A stretch of DNA of 64,000 nt from Albibacterium sp. (GCF_035514885.1 NZ_DATJCH010000023.1:4881-68880); one strand, 5' to 3'. Shown: positions 39,304-50,281, counted from the first letter of the stretch. Notes: generated by a model from the sequence alone, not told the origin. A program made the numbers and translations.

Positions 39304-41868
39304 TTATGCCAGATTTCTTCCTGCATTCACAATACCAAAAATAGTTCTAGTAATTAACTTACTATAAATGTGGTATTGAGGATCGTTTTCATCCAGTTCA
39401 CTTAATTTCTGAATAGAATAATGCTGAATCACTACTAGTGGAAGAATAATCCTTTCACGCATAGCAATTGAATCGCGATCTACAGGAAACTCATCCATTA
39501 ACCTCTCAGAATTACTGATCTTTAATAAATAATGTTTTGTACGATCGTATTCATCTTTCATAATCTTCCAGAAATCTCCATATACCGGATCATCTGATAA
39601 GTGAGAAGTAATGTTAAAATTAATCTTTGACATAGCCATAGCACAGTTATCAATGATTGTTTTAAACATTCCTGAGCTTTTGTATAATGCCTGTACTTTA
39701 TCCCATGCTCCAGACTTTTCTGCACTCTCTAATGCGGAACCCATTCCGTAGAAACCTGGAATACCTTGTTTAAGTTGACTCCATGAAGTTACAAAACTAA
39801 TGGCTCTCAGATCTTCTAAGCGAAGTTTAGAATTACCATTTCTTTTTACCGGACGACTACTGATATTAATATCAGATAAGAACTTTAAAGGACTCTTTTC
39901 TTCCAGATATTGTAAAAACAAAGGATGGTGACGTAGTTTTAAGAACTTTTCATGACTAACTTGAGCCATGTCTTCGATCACTTTCTTTTCATTTACATTC
40001 AAGGTATCACCAGGTCTTGGGTTTAATGTTGAAGCCAATCCGGCTTGCATTAATTGTTCAATATTATAGTGGGCTGTATCGAATGATCCATACAAACTAC
40101 TAATCGTCTGTCCTTGAATGGTTAACTGAATATGATTGTTTTCTACCTCTTCACCCATGGAAGCATAAAAGGCCTGGGTTTTACCACCACCTCTTGCGGG
40201 AGGGCCTCCACGACCATCGAAAAAGGTCAGATCGACATCATACTCCCGTGAAACTGCGGTCAGCTCAATCTTGGCCTTATATATAGACCAATTAGCCATT
40301 AAGTACCCTCCATCTTTTGTACTATCAGAGAAACCAAGCATGATGGTTTGACCTTTGCGTTTTTTAAGATGTTCTTTATAAAGCGGATGGGTATAAAGTG
40401 TTTTCATAACTTCACCTGCACGCTTCAAATCATCTACCATCTCAAATAATGGAACAAAGTCGATTGGTAATTCGTCAACTGTCCAGCCATTCGCTAAGAA
40501 TAATTCCATTAGTTGAAATATATCCGATGCCTGCTGACAGTTACTAATAATAAAACGATGCGCAGCTAATTCGCCACCTGCCAATTGCATCTTCTTTATA
40601 TATCGGATTGCTTTAAATGTATCTAGTACTAATGGGTCAAGTCCCTCATCAAATTCAATATTAGCTTCCTTAAACTGAAGTGCAGCATTTTTACTTTCTT
40701 CAGATAGCTCTTCGTAGCCATCTATAATATTTGGATATGTTTTTTCACGAACATATTTATGAGCCTTTCTTAAAATGCTACTATCCTGACGGACATCTAA
40801 ACTTGCAAAGAAGCAACCAAAGTTTCTAACTTTCAGAATTAAATCGTCTACCAGTTCTTCAAACAAACCTCCGTGTTTCTCTGATAAAACATGTTTGATG
40901 GCTTCTAAATTTTCTAAAATAACTGGTTTTACATTTATTGGTTCATCTGCCGGATTAAAACTATTTTCGTAGAAAATCTCTTGGAGATTATCCATAAAAT
41001 GCTCTACACCTCTAAAAGTAATACGACGTTTTATAACTCGGAAATCACGGTAGTAAGCGCGGAAAAGAATGGTTCTAAGTAAGGAAGAAACCTCTTTAGT
41101 ACTTTGTACACTTACATTTGGATTTCCATCACGGTCGCCACCTGGCCAAAAGCCTAGCTGAATAATAGGATCCTTAGTCTCTAAACTTTCGAAATTAGAA
41201 TCTAATCTCTTTTGAATTGTAGAAATTACTGGATAGAATACATTTTCCAGAAACCAGGCTAAACTTACAGCCTCATCCACTGGTGTTGGTTTCTCTGTTT
41301 TAATAAAGGGAGTCTTCCCTAATTGCTCCAATAAAGATATTATATTATCTAAATCATTTTTCTTTAATGCGGCTGTCAGATCAGTTATAATCCCTAATAC
41401 ATCACCTGGATAAAATTGAGTTGGATGAGCAGTCAGCACTAATCTCAATGAGAAATTCTTAAACTTCTCTACAATCTTCTCATTTAATTCTGGATTGGCA
41501 GCAGCCTGCTTTAATAATGATCCTAATAAATAGGCATCTTCTGAACGTCCTGTTTTAACGAATTCTGCATCTTCAACAGCATCAAACAAAACTACACGGC
41601 GCTCTATATATTGAATGATACGAAATAACAGATCAACTTCATCCATTTCTAGTTGATACTGCCCGTATTGTTCAAAAAAGTGTTCAATGATCTCTTTTGG
41701 ATTAACCCTATTTTCTACTTCACGTTCACAATGAGCCGTAAAAAATGGCAATAGAGCCCCTGTATGTTTTACTTTTTGAAAAGGTAATGTTTGAAATAAG
41801 CTGTTATATAACTCGAAACGAGTCAATACTTCATTTTTGTAAATTGTCTCTTGCTTCTCTACTTTCAT
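39304..41868 (-). CDS. ppc: Phosphoenolpyruvate carboxylase
   Basis: 854 aa with the VLTAHPTQF and FDGRGGPPARGGG motifs. Confidence 0.95.
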   Translation of the reverse strand: MKVEKQETIYKNEVLTRFELYNSLFQTLPFQKVKHTGALLPFFTAHCEREVENRVNPKEIIEHFFEQYGQYQLEMDEVDLLFRIIQYIERRVVLFDAVEDAEFVKTGRSEDAYLLGSLLKQAAANPELNEKIVEKFKNFSLRLVLTAHPTQFYPGDVLGIITDLTAALKKNDLDNIISLLEQLGKTPFIKTEKPTPVDEAVSLAWFLENVFYPVISTIQKRLDSNFESLETKDPIIQLGFWPGGDRDGNPNVSVQSTKEVSSLLRTILFRAYYRDFRVIKRRITFRGVEHFMDNLQEIFYENSFNPADEPINVKPVILENLEAIKHVLSEKHGGLFEELVDDLILKVRNFGCFFASLDVRQDSSILRKAHKYVREKTYPNIIDGYEELSEESKNAALQFKEANIEFDEGLDPLVLDTFKAIRYIKKMQLAGGELAAHRFIISNCQQASDIFQLMELFLANGWTVDELPIDFVPLFEMVDDLKRAGEVMKTLYTHPLYKEHLKKRKGQTIMLGFSDSTKDGGYLMANWSIYKAKIELTAVSREYDVDLTFFDGRGGPPARGGGKTQAFYASMGEEVENNHIQLTIQGQTISSLYGSFDTAHYNIEQLMQAGLASTLNPRPGDTLNVNEKKVIEDMAQVSHEKFLKLRHHPLFLQYLEEKSPLKFLSDINISSRPVKRNGNSKLRLEDLRAISFVTSWSQLKQGIPGFYGMGSALESAEKSGAWDKVQALYKSSGMFKTIIDNCAMAMSKINFNITSHLSDDPVYGDFWKIMKDEYDRTKHYLLKISNSERLMDEFPVDRDSIAMRERIILPLVVIQHYSIQKLSELDENDPQYHIYSKLITRTIFGIVNAGRNLA

Positions 41869-42148
41869 ATAAGCCTTGGTTTGAATAATAATATTCTTGG
41901 AAATGCCCGAAGTTAATTCAAATATTTCAAAATTAAAACCTTTTATATTTAAAATAATTCTTTAACTAATCAATATTCATGAAATGCTATCATTAAATCA
42001 GCCCATTTCATACGAAAATAGCAATCTTTATTCTTTTCCTGGTTAAAACTTTAAAAACGGGAATTTTATTTCTTGCTAAACATTCCTAATCAATCTTTGT
42101 TTAATTAATGAAAATAAAATATTCAGATTAGCACTTGAAATAAATTAA

Positions 42149-42559
42149 ATGGAAAAGTTATATACCGCAGAAGTAACCGCAACTGGTGGCCGAGATGGTC
42201 ATGTAAAGTCGACCGATGGAATGATTGACTGGGAAATGCGCAAACCAAAAGAAATGGATGGTCAGGGAGATGGCTTTAATCCTGAACAACTATTTGCAGC
42301 TGCATGGAGTTCATGTTATTTGGGCGCATTGGAAGTTGTAGCTATTAAAGAAGGAATTGATGTTACGAATGCAGAGGTCACCACGCGTGTATCCTTTAAT
42401 AAGGATGGCAATTCTTTTCTACTATCTGCAGAGCTAGATGTGCATATTCCCGGTATCCATATTGAAGAAGCTCAACGATTGGCAGAAAAAGCAAATCATG
42501 CTTGTCCTTATTCTAAAGCTACAAAGGGTAATATAGATGCAACCGTCGTTGCTCTATAA
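42149..42559 (+). CDS. ohr: Organic hydroperoxide resistance protein (Ohr/OsmC family)
   Basis: 136 aa with two conserved Cys contexts (SSCY and HACPYSKA). Confidence 0.9.
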   Translation: MEKLYTAEVTATGGRDGHVKSTDGMIDWEMRKPKEMDGQGDGFNPEQLFAAAWSSCYLGALEVVAIKEGIDVTNAEVTTRVSFNKDGNSFLLSAELDVHIPGIHIEEAQRLAEKANHACPYSKATKGNIDATVVAL

Positions 42560-42580
42560 AATATTACCATCAACAGAAAG

Positions 42581-42630
42581 ATATCTCAAATAAACCCAAT
42601 AGAAAGGGTTTGCTTGAGGTATTTTTTTTG
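42581..42630 (+). terminator. Rho-independent terminator of ohr
   Basis: A stem of about 15 bp with two mismatches (ctcaaataaaccc / gggtttgcttgag), followed by T8. Confidence 0.75.
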
Positions 42631-42685
42631 ATAGCTTAGCCTTTATAAATTAGTGATGATCTAATTATTGGCGAATTGCTTCTAA

Positions 42686-44878
42686 ATGGTAAAAACTCAG
42701 GATATTTTTCATTTTTTGTATAGTCAACATTTTGAAAATGGACTACGCATTTCCTTTGGAGCCATTATCCCTGCAGTAATTGGCTACTATTTTGGCGACC
42801 TATCCATTGGTATCGCTATTTCACTTGGAGCATTAATTTCAAGCATTCCAGACACACCTGGCCCTGTTTCTCATCGTCGCAATGCATTGTTAGCAACCTT
42901 ATTTCTATTTTTCGTTACCACACTTATAACTCAGCTAATTAATAAATACCCTATTCTAATAGGAATAGAACTACTTGTTTTTGGTTTCATATTTGGAATG
43001 TTTTCTACATGGGGACCAAGAGCAGCTGCAGTTGGTACCTCTACCCTGATCATGATTTTCTTAAGCATAATTGAATCAGGAAGCACAAGTGACCTGGTAG
43101 AATATTCAATATTTGTTACTGTAGGATGTGCTTGGTACACTTTGCTCAGCCTCTCCTTAAGTCAATTTATGCCTTACCGACTTGCTCAGCAGGAGCTTGC
43201 GGAAGGTATTCGGGAGGTGGCCACATTTATTCGAATAAAATCAGAATTCTATGATCTTAATTCTGACACAGACAAATCATTTAGTAAAATGATTGACCAG
43301 CAAATAATAATTAATACTCATTTAGATAGTCTGCGAGAAATTCTATTTAAAAGTAAGTTGATTGTTAAAGATTCTACATCGATCGGCCGTACACTTATTC
43401 TAATCTTCTCAGACACGCTTGATCTATTTGAGAAGACCATGGCTACCCAGTATAATTACGCGGAAATCCGATCGAAGTTTGGAGAAACAGAAGCCTTTAA
43501 TGAAATTAAGATTACCTTGAGAAGATTAGCCAATGAGTTAGATAATTTCGGTTATTCTTTGGCAGCAAACCGCCGACCAAAGCCCTTATTTAATCTTCAG
43601 GATGACCTTCAGAATTTAAAGAAACTAATTGACCAAACTACTGAAGAAAGCGATGAAACAACCTTTGTACTCAAAAAGATTCTAATAAATGTTAGAGGTA
43701 TTTCATTGCGAATTCAAACATTGTACAACTATTTTCAAAAGAAAGAAATAGACACAAAACGTAATATCGGTGATATCAGTAAATTTATCTCTCACGATGT
43801 TTTTGACCTTCGAAGTTTTCGCAACAACTTAAGCTTTGAATCTAACACGTTTCGGCATTCTTTAAGATTGGCAATTGTATTAGTGGCTGGTTTCTTTTTA
43901 GCTAACCTTATCAATTTTAATGAACATGTTCACTGGATACTTCTAACCATATTAGTCATTTTAAAACCAGGTTGGAGTTTAACGAAAGAGAGGAATTTTC
44001 AGCGTTTAGCAGGAACCATCATAGGCGGTATTGCTGGTATTATTATTCTGATCTGGATAAAAGACCCATCTGCACGCTTTGTTATACTATTGATATTCAT
44101 GGTTTTGACATATAGTTTGATTCGTATCAACTATATTATTAGTGTAATGTTTATGACACCATATCTCCTTATTCTGTTTAGTTTTTTAGGAGCAGACACC
44201 ATGGAGATTGCTCAAGAAAGAATCTTCGCTACATTTATAGGTAGTGGTTTGGCATTTATTTCCAGCTATATCATTTTTCCAAATTGGGAAAAACATAAAA
44301 TACAAGATAACATGCAGAGGCTTTTAATAGCTAATTATAATTATTTCACAAAAATATTAGAAACAGTTATCAATAGGGATTTAACGCCTACCGACTATAA
44401 GTTGGCCAGAAAAGACGTTTATATCACAACTGCAAATATGGCTTCGGCTTTCCAGCGGATGATTACCGAACCAAAAAGCAAGCAGAAGAACTCAAAGGAA
44501 TTGAATAAATTCATTGTTTTCAATCATTTATTCTCTTCGCATACTGCAAACTTAATTAGTACCGTAAGGAGTCTCTCCAACGATGAAATAGCAGGGGAAC
44601 CAGTAAAAAACCTTAGACGTGTATTGGCTACCTTAGAAAAGGTAATTAAAAGTTATAAGTCGGAAGGGATAGCAAATTTTGAAGAAGTAAAATTCAAAAT
44701 CCCCGATTACTTACTAATTGATATCAAAGAAAGTGCTGAAAAGGAATTCATTAATGGGCAAATATTGGAACTAAAGAAAATTAGTAATGACCTGCAAAGA
44801 AACTCCGAAGAGCTTTTAAACTCTGGAGATAAAACACCTCTTATGACAGGTACCTTATCAAATAGTTCGGCCTTATAA
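42686..44878 (+). CDS. FUSC / YccS-YhfK family membrane protein
   Basis: 730 aa with two multi-TM blocks separated by a long cytoplasmic helical region. Confidence 0.75.
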   Translation: MVKTQDIFHFLYSQHFENGLRISFGAIIPAVIGYYFGDLSIGIAISLGALISSIPDTPGPVSHRRNALLATLFLFFVTTLITQLINKYPILIGIELLVFGFIFGMFSTWGPRAAAVGTSTLIMIFLSIIESGSTSDLVEYSIFVTVGCAWYTLLSLSLSQFMPYRLAQQELAEGIREVATFIRIKSEFYDLNSDTDKSFSKMIDQQIIINTHLDSLREILFKSKLIVKDSTSIGRTLILIFSDTLDLFEKTMATQYNYAEIRSKFGETEAFNEIKITLRRLANELDNFGYSLAANRRPKPLFNLQDDLQNLKKLIDQTTEESDETTFVLKKILINVRGISLRIQTLYNYFQKKEIDTKRNIGDISKFISHDVFDLRSFRNNLSFESNTFRHSLRLAIVLVAGFFLANLINFNEHVHWILLTILVILKPGWSLTKERNFQRLAGTIIGGIAGIIILIWIKDPSARFVILLIFMVLTYSLIRINYIISVMFMTPYLLILFSFLGADTMEIAQERIFATFIGSGLAFISSYIIFPNWEKHKIQDNMQRLLIANYNYFTKILETVINRDLTPTDYKLARKDVYITTANMASAFQRMITEPKSKQKNSKELNKFIVFNHLFSSHTANLISTVRSLSNDEIAGEPVKNLRRVLATLEKVIKSYKSEGIANFEEVKFKIPDYLLIDIKESAEKEFINGQILELKKISNDLQRNSEELLNSGDKTPLMTGTLSNSSAL

Positions 44879-45484
44879 GAATTGTTTGCTTTGAGGACCT
44901 TGGTTAAATAGCAAATCTATGATACTCAAATTAGGGATAAATCCGTTTTTATCTTCAAAAACCTGAAAGTAAGGCTTTAGATTATATGAATCAGACTGCC
45001 TGTTGGATTTTATTGCATTTCTATAGTCTTCTAAGCCTTCTACATCCTTAACATATTCAGTTGTTACGGAAATATGAGGCTTTAAATTGAGAAGCTTAAG
45101 ACATAGCTGCATTAATTCAATATTAAAATCGAATAGGAATTCGGTCTGCGTATGGAAAAAGGGAGCAAAATCATCTTCATAATATTCAAAAAAAGATGAA
45201 CTCCGATAGGATGTTTGAATGCTGCGCCAATGTAATCTTTGCCAGTTTGCATCATAACTAATCCGAACATCCTTCATTTTAGTATGCACATTTGAACCAC
45301 TTTTCACTGGCACTGTTAGGTTTAATTTGCCATTGGCAGAATGGATAATGGTTCGATTACGATTAGTTTGTTTCGGATAATGCTCGCATGCTTCTAAGGT
45401 AATATTATCTGAGTGGTGCTTTATTTTGCTATAATATTCCAGAGATCCTAAGTAAAACACAGGTAAAAGAATTCCTTTTTGCAT
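44873..45484 (-). CDS. WbqC family protein
   Basis: 203 aa with N-terminal LPVFYLGSLEYYSKI and a pattern typical of WbqC-like proteins. The call is from memory. Confidence 0.65.
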   Translation of the reverse strand: MQKGILLPVFYLGSLEYYSKIKHHSDNITLEACEHYPKQTNRNRTIIHSANGKLNLTVPVKSGSNVHTKMKDVRISYDANWQRLHWRSIQTSYRSSSFFEYYEDDFAPFFHTQTEFLFDFNIELMQLCLKLLNLKPHISVTTEYVKDVEGLEDYRNAIKSNRQSDSYNLKPYFQVFEDKNGFIPNLSIIDLLFNQGPQSKQFL

Positions 45485-45555
45485 ATATTCGTAATAATAA
45501 GAAATTATGATGCGAAAATAATATAATTAAAGATATTTGCATTGTTAACAGATAC

Positions 45556-46425
45556 ATGAATATTAAATCCAAGGTACTTTCCACCACAATTCACCTGATC
45601 TCAATTCTTCCTTTTGGGGTTTTATACGTTCTGTCAGATATTATCTCTTTTTTTTTAAGACGTGTTATTAGATACAGGAAAGCTGTGATCATGGAAAATT
45701 TACAATCTGCTTTTCCTGATAAATCCATAGAGGAAAGAGAGGAAATCAAGAATAAATTTTACCAATTCTTAGCAGATTTAGTTATTGAGAATCTAAAGAT
45801 GAAAACAATGACAGTTGCTCAATCAAAAAAACGTTTAAGATTATTAAACCCTGAGATTATTTTAAATTATTTAAACAATCATCAATCCATAATAATAGTA
45901 ACCGGCCACTATGCTAATTGGGAATGGGGTATACATTCATTATCATTAATGACAAATCACCCTTCCTTAATTATTTACAAACCTATAAACGATCCAATTT
46001 TCGAAGATTTATATAACAAGATGCGTAGTCGCTTTGGGGCAATCATGGTACCTATGAAGCAAACTTTGCGCAAAATCATCGAGTATAAAGATCAAACTCA
46101 TAGTAGTGTTTTTCTGGGAGATCAAACGCCGACTAAGAAAGAATCCAAATATTTCATTCCTTTCCTAAACCAGCAAACATCAGTATTTAAAGGGATAGAG
46201 AAAATTGCAAAAAAAACTAATAATCCAGTTATTTATTGTCATATTGATCGTATAAAACGTGGTTATTATACTGCTAAATTCACTATACTTGCAGAAGAGC
46301 CAGCCAAGTTCTTGGAAGATGAGATAACAAACATTCATACCAAATTCTTGGATGATATAATATGTAAAAGACCTGAGCTGTGGTTATGGTCGCATAAACG
46401 ATGGAAGCACAAACCGAATGACTAA
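45556..46425 (+). CDS. Lipid A biosynthesis (LpxL/HtrB-like) lysophospholipid acyltransferase
   Basis: N-terminal TM segment and an HX4E-type acyltransferase motif (GHYANWEW). Confidence 0.8.
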   Translation: MNIKSKVLSTTIHLISILPFGVLYVLSDIISFFLRRVIRYRKAVIMENLQSAFPDKSIEEREEIKNKFYQFLADLVIENLKMKTMTVAQSKKRLRLLNPEIILNYLNNHQSIIIVTGHYANWEWGIHSLSLMTNHPSLIIYKPINDPIFEDLYNKMRSRFGAIMVPMKQTLRKIIEYKDQTHSSVFLGDQTPTKKESKYFIPFLNQQTSVFKGIEKIAKKTNNPVIYCHIDRIKRGYYTAKFTILAEEPAKFLEDEITNIHTKFLDDIICKRPELWLWSHKRWKHKPND

Positions 46426-47446
46426 TTACCCCAAAGTTGCAATTGTAATTCTTAATTGGAATGGAAGATTTTATCTTGAAAGTCTTTTGCCTTCCATTTA
46501 TAATACTATTTATCCGAATCTGGAATTCGTAGTTGGAGATAATGCTTCTAGTGATGATTCGGTTGCTTTTATAAAAAAGACATATCCCAAGATTCGCATT
46601 ATTGAGAATGAAAAGAATTATGGTTTCGCAGAGGGGTATAATCAAATATTAAAACATGTTGAAGCTGATTACTTTATACTTCTGAATTCTGATGTAGAAG
46701 TTAAGGAAAATTGGATAGAACCGGTTATTGAGGAAATGGAGGCTGATATACAAATTGCAGTGGCCCAGCCTAAAATACTATCCTGGACACAGCGTAACAC
46801 TTTTGAACATGCTGGGGCCGCCGGTGGTTTTATTGACCGGTACGCCTATCCTTTCTGTCGAGGAAGGATTTTTCAAAGTGTAGAAATCGACAAGGGGCAA
46901 TACAATGACTCTTGTGAAATTTTCTGGGCAAGTGGGGCAGCCTTCTTTATTCGAAGCAAGTATTGGAAGGAGAGTGGCGGTTTCGACGCTGATTTCTTTG
47001 CACATATGGAAGAAATAGATTTATGCTGGCGATTAAAACGAATGGGGTATAAAATTTGGTATTGTGCTAATTCTGAGATTCTACATGTGGGTGGAGGAAC
47101 GTTGGATAAAGCTAACCCTATGAAAACCTATTTAAATTTCCGGAATAACTTATATATGATTTATAAGAATGACCCGAATCCATATCCAACTCTTTTTATT
47201 AGATTTTGGCTAGACTTTATTGCATTAATACGATTTATATTTTCCAGGAAGTTTCAGGATGCCAAAGCGATAAGTAAATCGCACTTTCATTTCTTTAAAA
47301 ATTTAAAAAATATCAAGAAGAAACGGCATGCTAATAAAACTCCTTATAAAGTAACAAACATTTATAATGGAATAATAATATGGGATTATTTTATACTGGG
47401 GAAAAGGCATTTCAATAACCTAGACCCTGAAAAATTCGAAAAATAG
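46418..47446 (+). CDS. Glycosyltransferase family 2
   Basis: VAIVILNWNG, DNASSDDS and an LNSD DxD-like motif. It overlaps the acyltransferase gene by 8 nt. Confidence 0.85.
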   Translation: MTNYPKVAIVILNWNGRFYLESLLPSIYNTIYPNLEFVVGDNASSDDSVAFIKKTYPKIRIIENEKNYGFAEGYNQILKHVEADYFILLNSDVEVKENWIEPVIEEMEADIQIAVAQPKILSWTQRNTFEHAGAAGGFIDRYAYPFCRGRIFQSVEIDKGQYNDSCEIFWASGAAFFIRSKYWKESGGFDADFFAHMEEIDLCWRLKRMGYKIWYCANSEILHVGGGTLDKANPMKTYLNFRNNLYMIYKNDPNPYPTLFIRFWLDFIALIRFIFSRKFQDAKAISKSHFHFFKNLKNIKKKRHANKTPYKVTNIYNGIIIWDYFILGKRHFNNLDPEKFEK

Positions 47447-47450
47447 CACT

Positions 47451-47864
47451 CTAACAGAAGCTTTGAAGAGCAAGCTTATAACTGTTAAGTCCAAATCCAC
47501 AAATACTGCCTTTACAATTTTTAGCTATAAAGGAATGATGACGAATAGCCTCTCTAGCATGAATATTTGAAATATGAACTTCAATAACAGGGGATGAAAT
47601 TGCAGCGATAGCATCAGAAATTGCTAAGGAAGTATGTGTATAGGCACCAGCATTAAGGATAATTCCATCTATTGAGAATCCTACCTCATGAATCTTATCA
47701 ATGATAGCTCCTTCACTATTACTTTGATAATAATCAATCTTAATCTGCGGATAATCCTTTCTCAAAGTGTCCAAATAGCTTTCAAAAGACTCGTTTCCAT
47801 ATACATCAGGCTCACGCTTCCCTAATAGATTTAGATTCGGTCCGTTAATTATCAATACTTCCAT
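47451..47864 (-). CDS. aroQ: Type II 3-dehydroquinate dehydratase
   Basis: The internal ATG gives MEVLIINGPNLNLLGKREPDVYG, a canonical AroQ N-terminus. The longer ORF-track start would overlap murI. Confidence 0.92.
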   Translation of the reverse strand: MEVLIINGPNLNLLGKREPDVYGNESFESYLDTLRKDYPQIKIDYYQSNSEGAIIDKIHEVGFSIDGIILNAGAYTHTSLAISDAIAAISSPVIEVHISNIHAREAIRHHSFIAKNCKGSICGFGLNSYKLALQSFC

Positions 47865-47976
47865 GTTGCTAAGATCTTTCACCAAAGATAATAAAGCATT
47901 TTCTATTTTCTTAATTTCATTTCCGGCGTTTTTTCCGGATATTAGACGAAAAATAGCTGAAATTATCAACATCAAA

Positions 47977-48801
47977 GTGAATAAACAAGGACCAATAGGA
48001 ATATTTGATTCAGGTTACGGTGGGTTAACTGTATTCAAAGAAATTATAAAAGAATTACCTCAATATAATTTTGTTTATTTAGGCGACAACGCCCGTGTTC
48101 CATACGGAACTCGTTCTTTTGAAACCGTGTATCAGTATACTTGGGAGTCTGTTCAGGCACTGTTTGAATTGGGCTGCCCACTTATTGTTTTAGCTTGCAA
48201 TACCGCTTCTTCTAAGGCTTTAAAAAGCATTCAAACCATTAATCTTCCTCAATTCCCTGATAATCGGAGAGTGTTGGGAGTAATCCGTCCTACAACAGAA
48301 AGGATCGGCGAGTTTACAAAAAGCAGAAGTGTAGGAATATTAGCAACACCGGGAACGGTTATGTCAAACTCTTATAAGATAGAAATCAAACGATTCTTTC
48401 CAGATATAGAGGTATTTCAGGAAGCATGCCCCATATGGGTATCTTTGGTAGAGAACAACGAAATTAACAGTCCAGGTGCAGAATATTTTGTAAAGAAACA
48501 CATAGACCAGTTACTAGCAAAATCTGATAAGATTGACACCATTCTATTAGCTTGTACACATTATCCATTACTTTATCCTCTTATTCGAAAATTCACCCCT
48601 CCATCTATTCAAATATTGCAACAAGGAGAAATTGTATCGAAGAGTCTGAGCAAATATTTGGAACATCATCCGGAAATCGATCATCAATTAAAGAAAGATT
48701 CGGAGATATTATTTTATACAACTGAAAGTCCGGAGGTTTTTAATGAAAAAGCAGGATTGTTTTTTGGAAAAGAAGTTAATTCTACTCACATATCTTTATG
48801 A
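47977..48801 (+). CDS. murI: Glutamate racemase
   Basis: IGIFDSGYGGLTV, ACNTAS and ACTHYP motifs. The GTG at 47977 is the likeliest start, but the start is uncertain. Confidence 0.88.
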   Translation: MNKQGPIGIFDSGYGGLTVFKEIIKELPQYNFVYLGDNARVPYGTRSFETVYQYTWESVQALFELGCPLIVLACNTASSKALKSIQTINLPQFPDNRRVLGVIRPTTERIGEFTKSRSVGILATPGTVMSNSYKIEIKRFFPDIEVFQEACPIWVSLVENNEINSPGAEYFVKKHIDQLLAKSDKIDTILLACTHYPLLYPLIRKFTPPSIQILQQGEIVSKSLSKYLEHHPEIDHQLKKDSEILFYTTESPEVFNEKAGLFFGKEVNSTHISL

Positions 48802-48875
48802 GCTGTTAAATATTGGTGCAAAAAAAAAGTGTGCCTAAATAGGACCACTTTTTTTATGGATTAATCTATATGTAC

Positions 48876-49073
48876 TTATAGCTTTCTTACATTGACAGCC
48901 TGGAGACCTTTACGTCCGTCTGTTACTTCAAATTCTACGGCATCTCCGTCTCTTAAAACATCGATTCCACCAATCACATCTTTAAAATGTACAAAGATGT
49001 CTTGGCCATCTTCTTGAACAATAAATCCAAATCCTTTTTGGGCATTAAACCATTTTACTTTTCCGGTTTTCAT
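48876..49073 (-). CDS. Cold-shock protein (CspA family)
   Basis: 65 aa with RNP motifs KGFGFI and VFVHF-like (IFVHF). Confidence 0.93.
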   Translation of the reverse strand: MKTGKVKWFNAQKGFGFIVQEDGQDIFVHFKDVIGGIDVLRDGDAVEFEVTDGRKGLQAVNVRKL

Positions 49074-49201
49074 TACTATAAATTTATAATTGTTATAATG
49101 TACAATCTTTAACTGTATAGTGATACAACAGCTAAAGATTGCTGGTTAGTTGATTATATCAAAGATATAAAAATGGAAGAATAAAACGAATAAATCCCCT
49201 T

Positions 49202-50281
49202 TTATAATTTGCTATTTGCATCAATGCAATTCAGCTCATTAAATGCTTGTGTTAAGCGCTTTACAAAAGTTTCTTCACCTTTTCTTAACCAAACACGCGG
49301 ATCGTAGAATTTTTTATTAGGAGTATCCGGACTTTTAGAATCACCGATTTGTGATTGAAGTGAATCTTCATTTGCTTGATAATATAATCTCACTCCATCC
49401 CAGAAAGCCCATTGCATATCTGTATCAATATTCATTTTTACAGCACCATATGACAATGCCTCTTTTATTTCTTCTGGAGAAGATCCAGATCCACCATGAA
49501 ATACAAAGTTTACTGGTTTATCTTCTTTAGTATTATATTTTTCTTTAATATACTTTTGCGAGTTATTTAAAATAACCGGCTGAAGCTTCACATTTCCAGG
49601 CTTATACACCCCGTGAACATTTCCAAAAGCCGCTGCTACTGTAAATTTGTCGCTAACTTCTTTTAACTTCTCGTAGGCATATGCAACTTCTTCTGGCTGT
49701 GTATATAATTTTGAACTATCAACATCTGTATTATCAACCCCGTCTTCTTCACCACCCGTAACACCAAGTTCAATTTCAATTGTCATACCCATTGGTTTCA
49801 TGCGCTTTAAATACTTTGCTGAAGTTTCAATATTTTCTTCAAGCGTTTCTTCTGAAAGATCGAGCATATGAGATGAGAATAAAGGTTTACCATGTTGCTG
49901 AAAGAATTTTTCACCATGATCTAATAAACCGTCAATCCAAGGAAGGAGTTTTTTGGCAGCATGGTCTGTATGTAAGATTACTGCAACACCATAATGTTCT
50001 GCTAATAAATGCACGTGTTGAGCCGCAGATACTGCACCAAGTACACATGCTTGTAATTTACTATTATCCAGTGTCTTACCTGCATAGAATTGCGCGCCAC
50101 CATTCGATAACTGAATAATAACAGGAGAATTAACTGCTTTAGCAGTTTCCATAACTGCATTGATTGAATTAGTTCCGATAATATTTACGGCGGGTAAAGC
50201 AAACTGATGCTTTTTCGCTATTTCAAATAACTCTTGTACCGCATCACCGTGCAATACTCCTTTATAATTTTTTAAGCTCAT
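49202..50281 (-). CDS. fbaA: Class II fructose-bisphosphate aldolase
   Basis: 359 aa with characteristic class IIa length and the LHTDH and HGGSG motifs. Confidence 0.93.
   Translation of the reverse strand: MSLKNYKGVLHGDAVQELFEIAKKHQFALPAVNIIGTNSINAVMETAKAVNSPVIIQLSNGGAQFYAGKTLDNSKLQACVLGAVSAAQHVHLLAEHYGVAVILHTDHAAKKLLPWIDGLLDHGEKFFQQHGKPLFSSHMLDLSEETLEENIETSAKYLKRMKPMGMTIEIELGVTGGEEDGVDNTDVDSSKLYTQPEEVAYAYEKLKEVSDKFTVAAAFGNVHGVYKPGNVKLQPVILNNSQKYIKEKYNTKEDKPVNFVFHGGSGSSPEEIKEALSYGAVKMNIDTDMQWAFWDGVRLYYQANEDSLQSQIGDSKSPDTPNKKFYDPRVWLRKGEETFVKRLTQAFNELNCIDANSKL

Noticed and set aside
46283-46645. 120-aa minus-strand ORF
   Set aside because: It is antisense to the acyltransferase/GT2 junction and has an Ile/Asn-rich shadow composition.
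47865-47976. Apparent 113-nt head-to-head overlap of the aroQ and murI ORFs in the ORF track
   Set aside because: The overlap is resolved by canonical internal starts (aroQ ATG at 47864, murI GTG at 47977). The extensions have no homology-like features.
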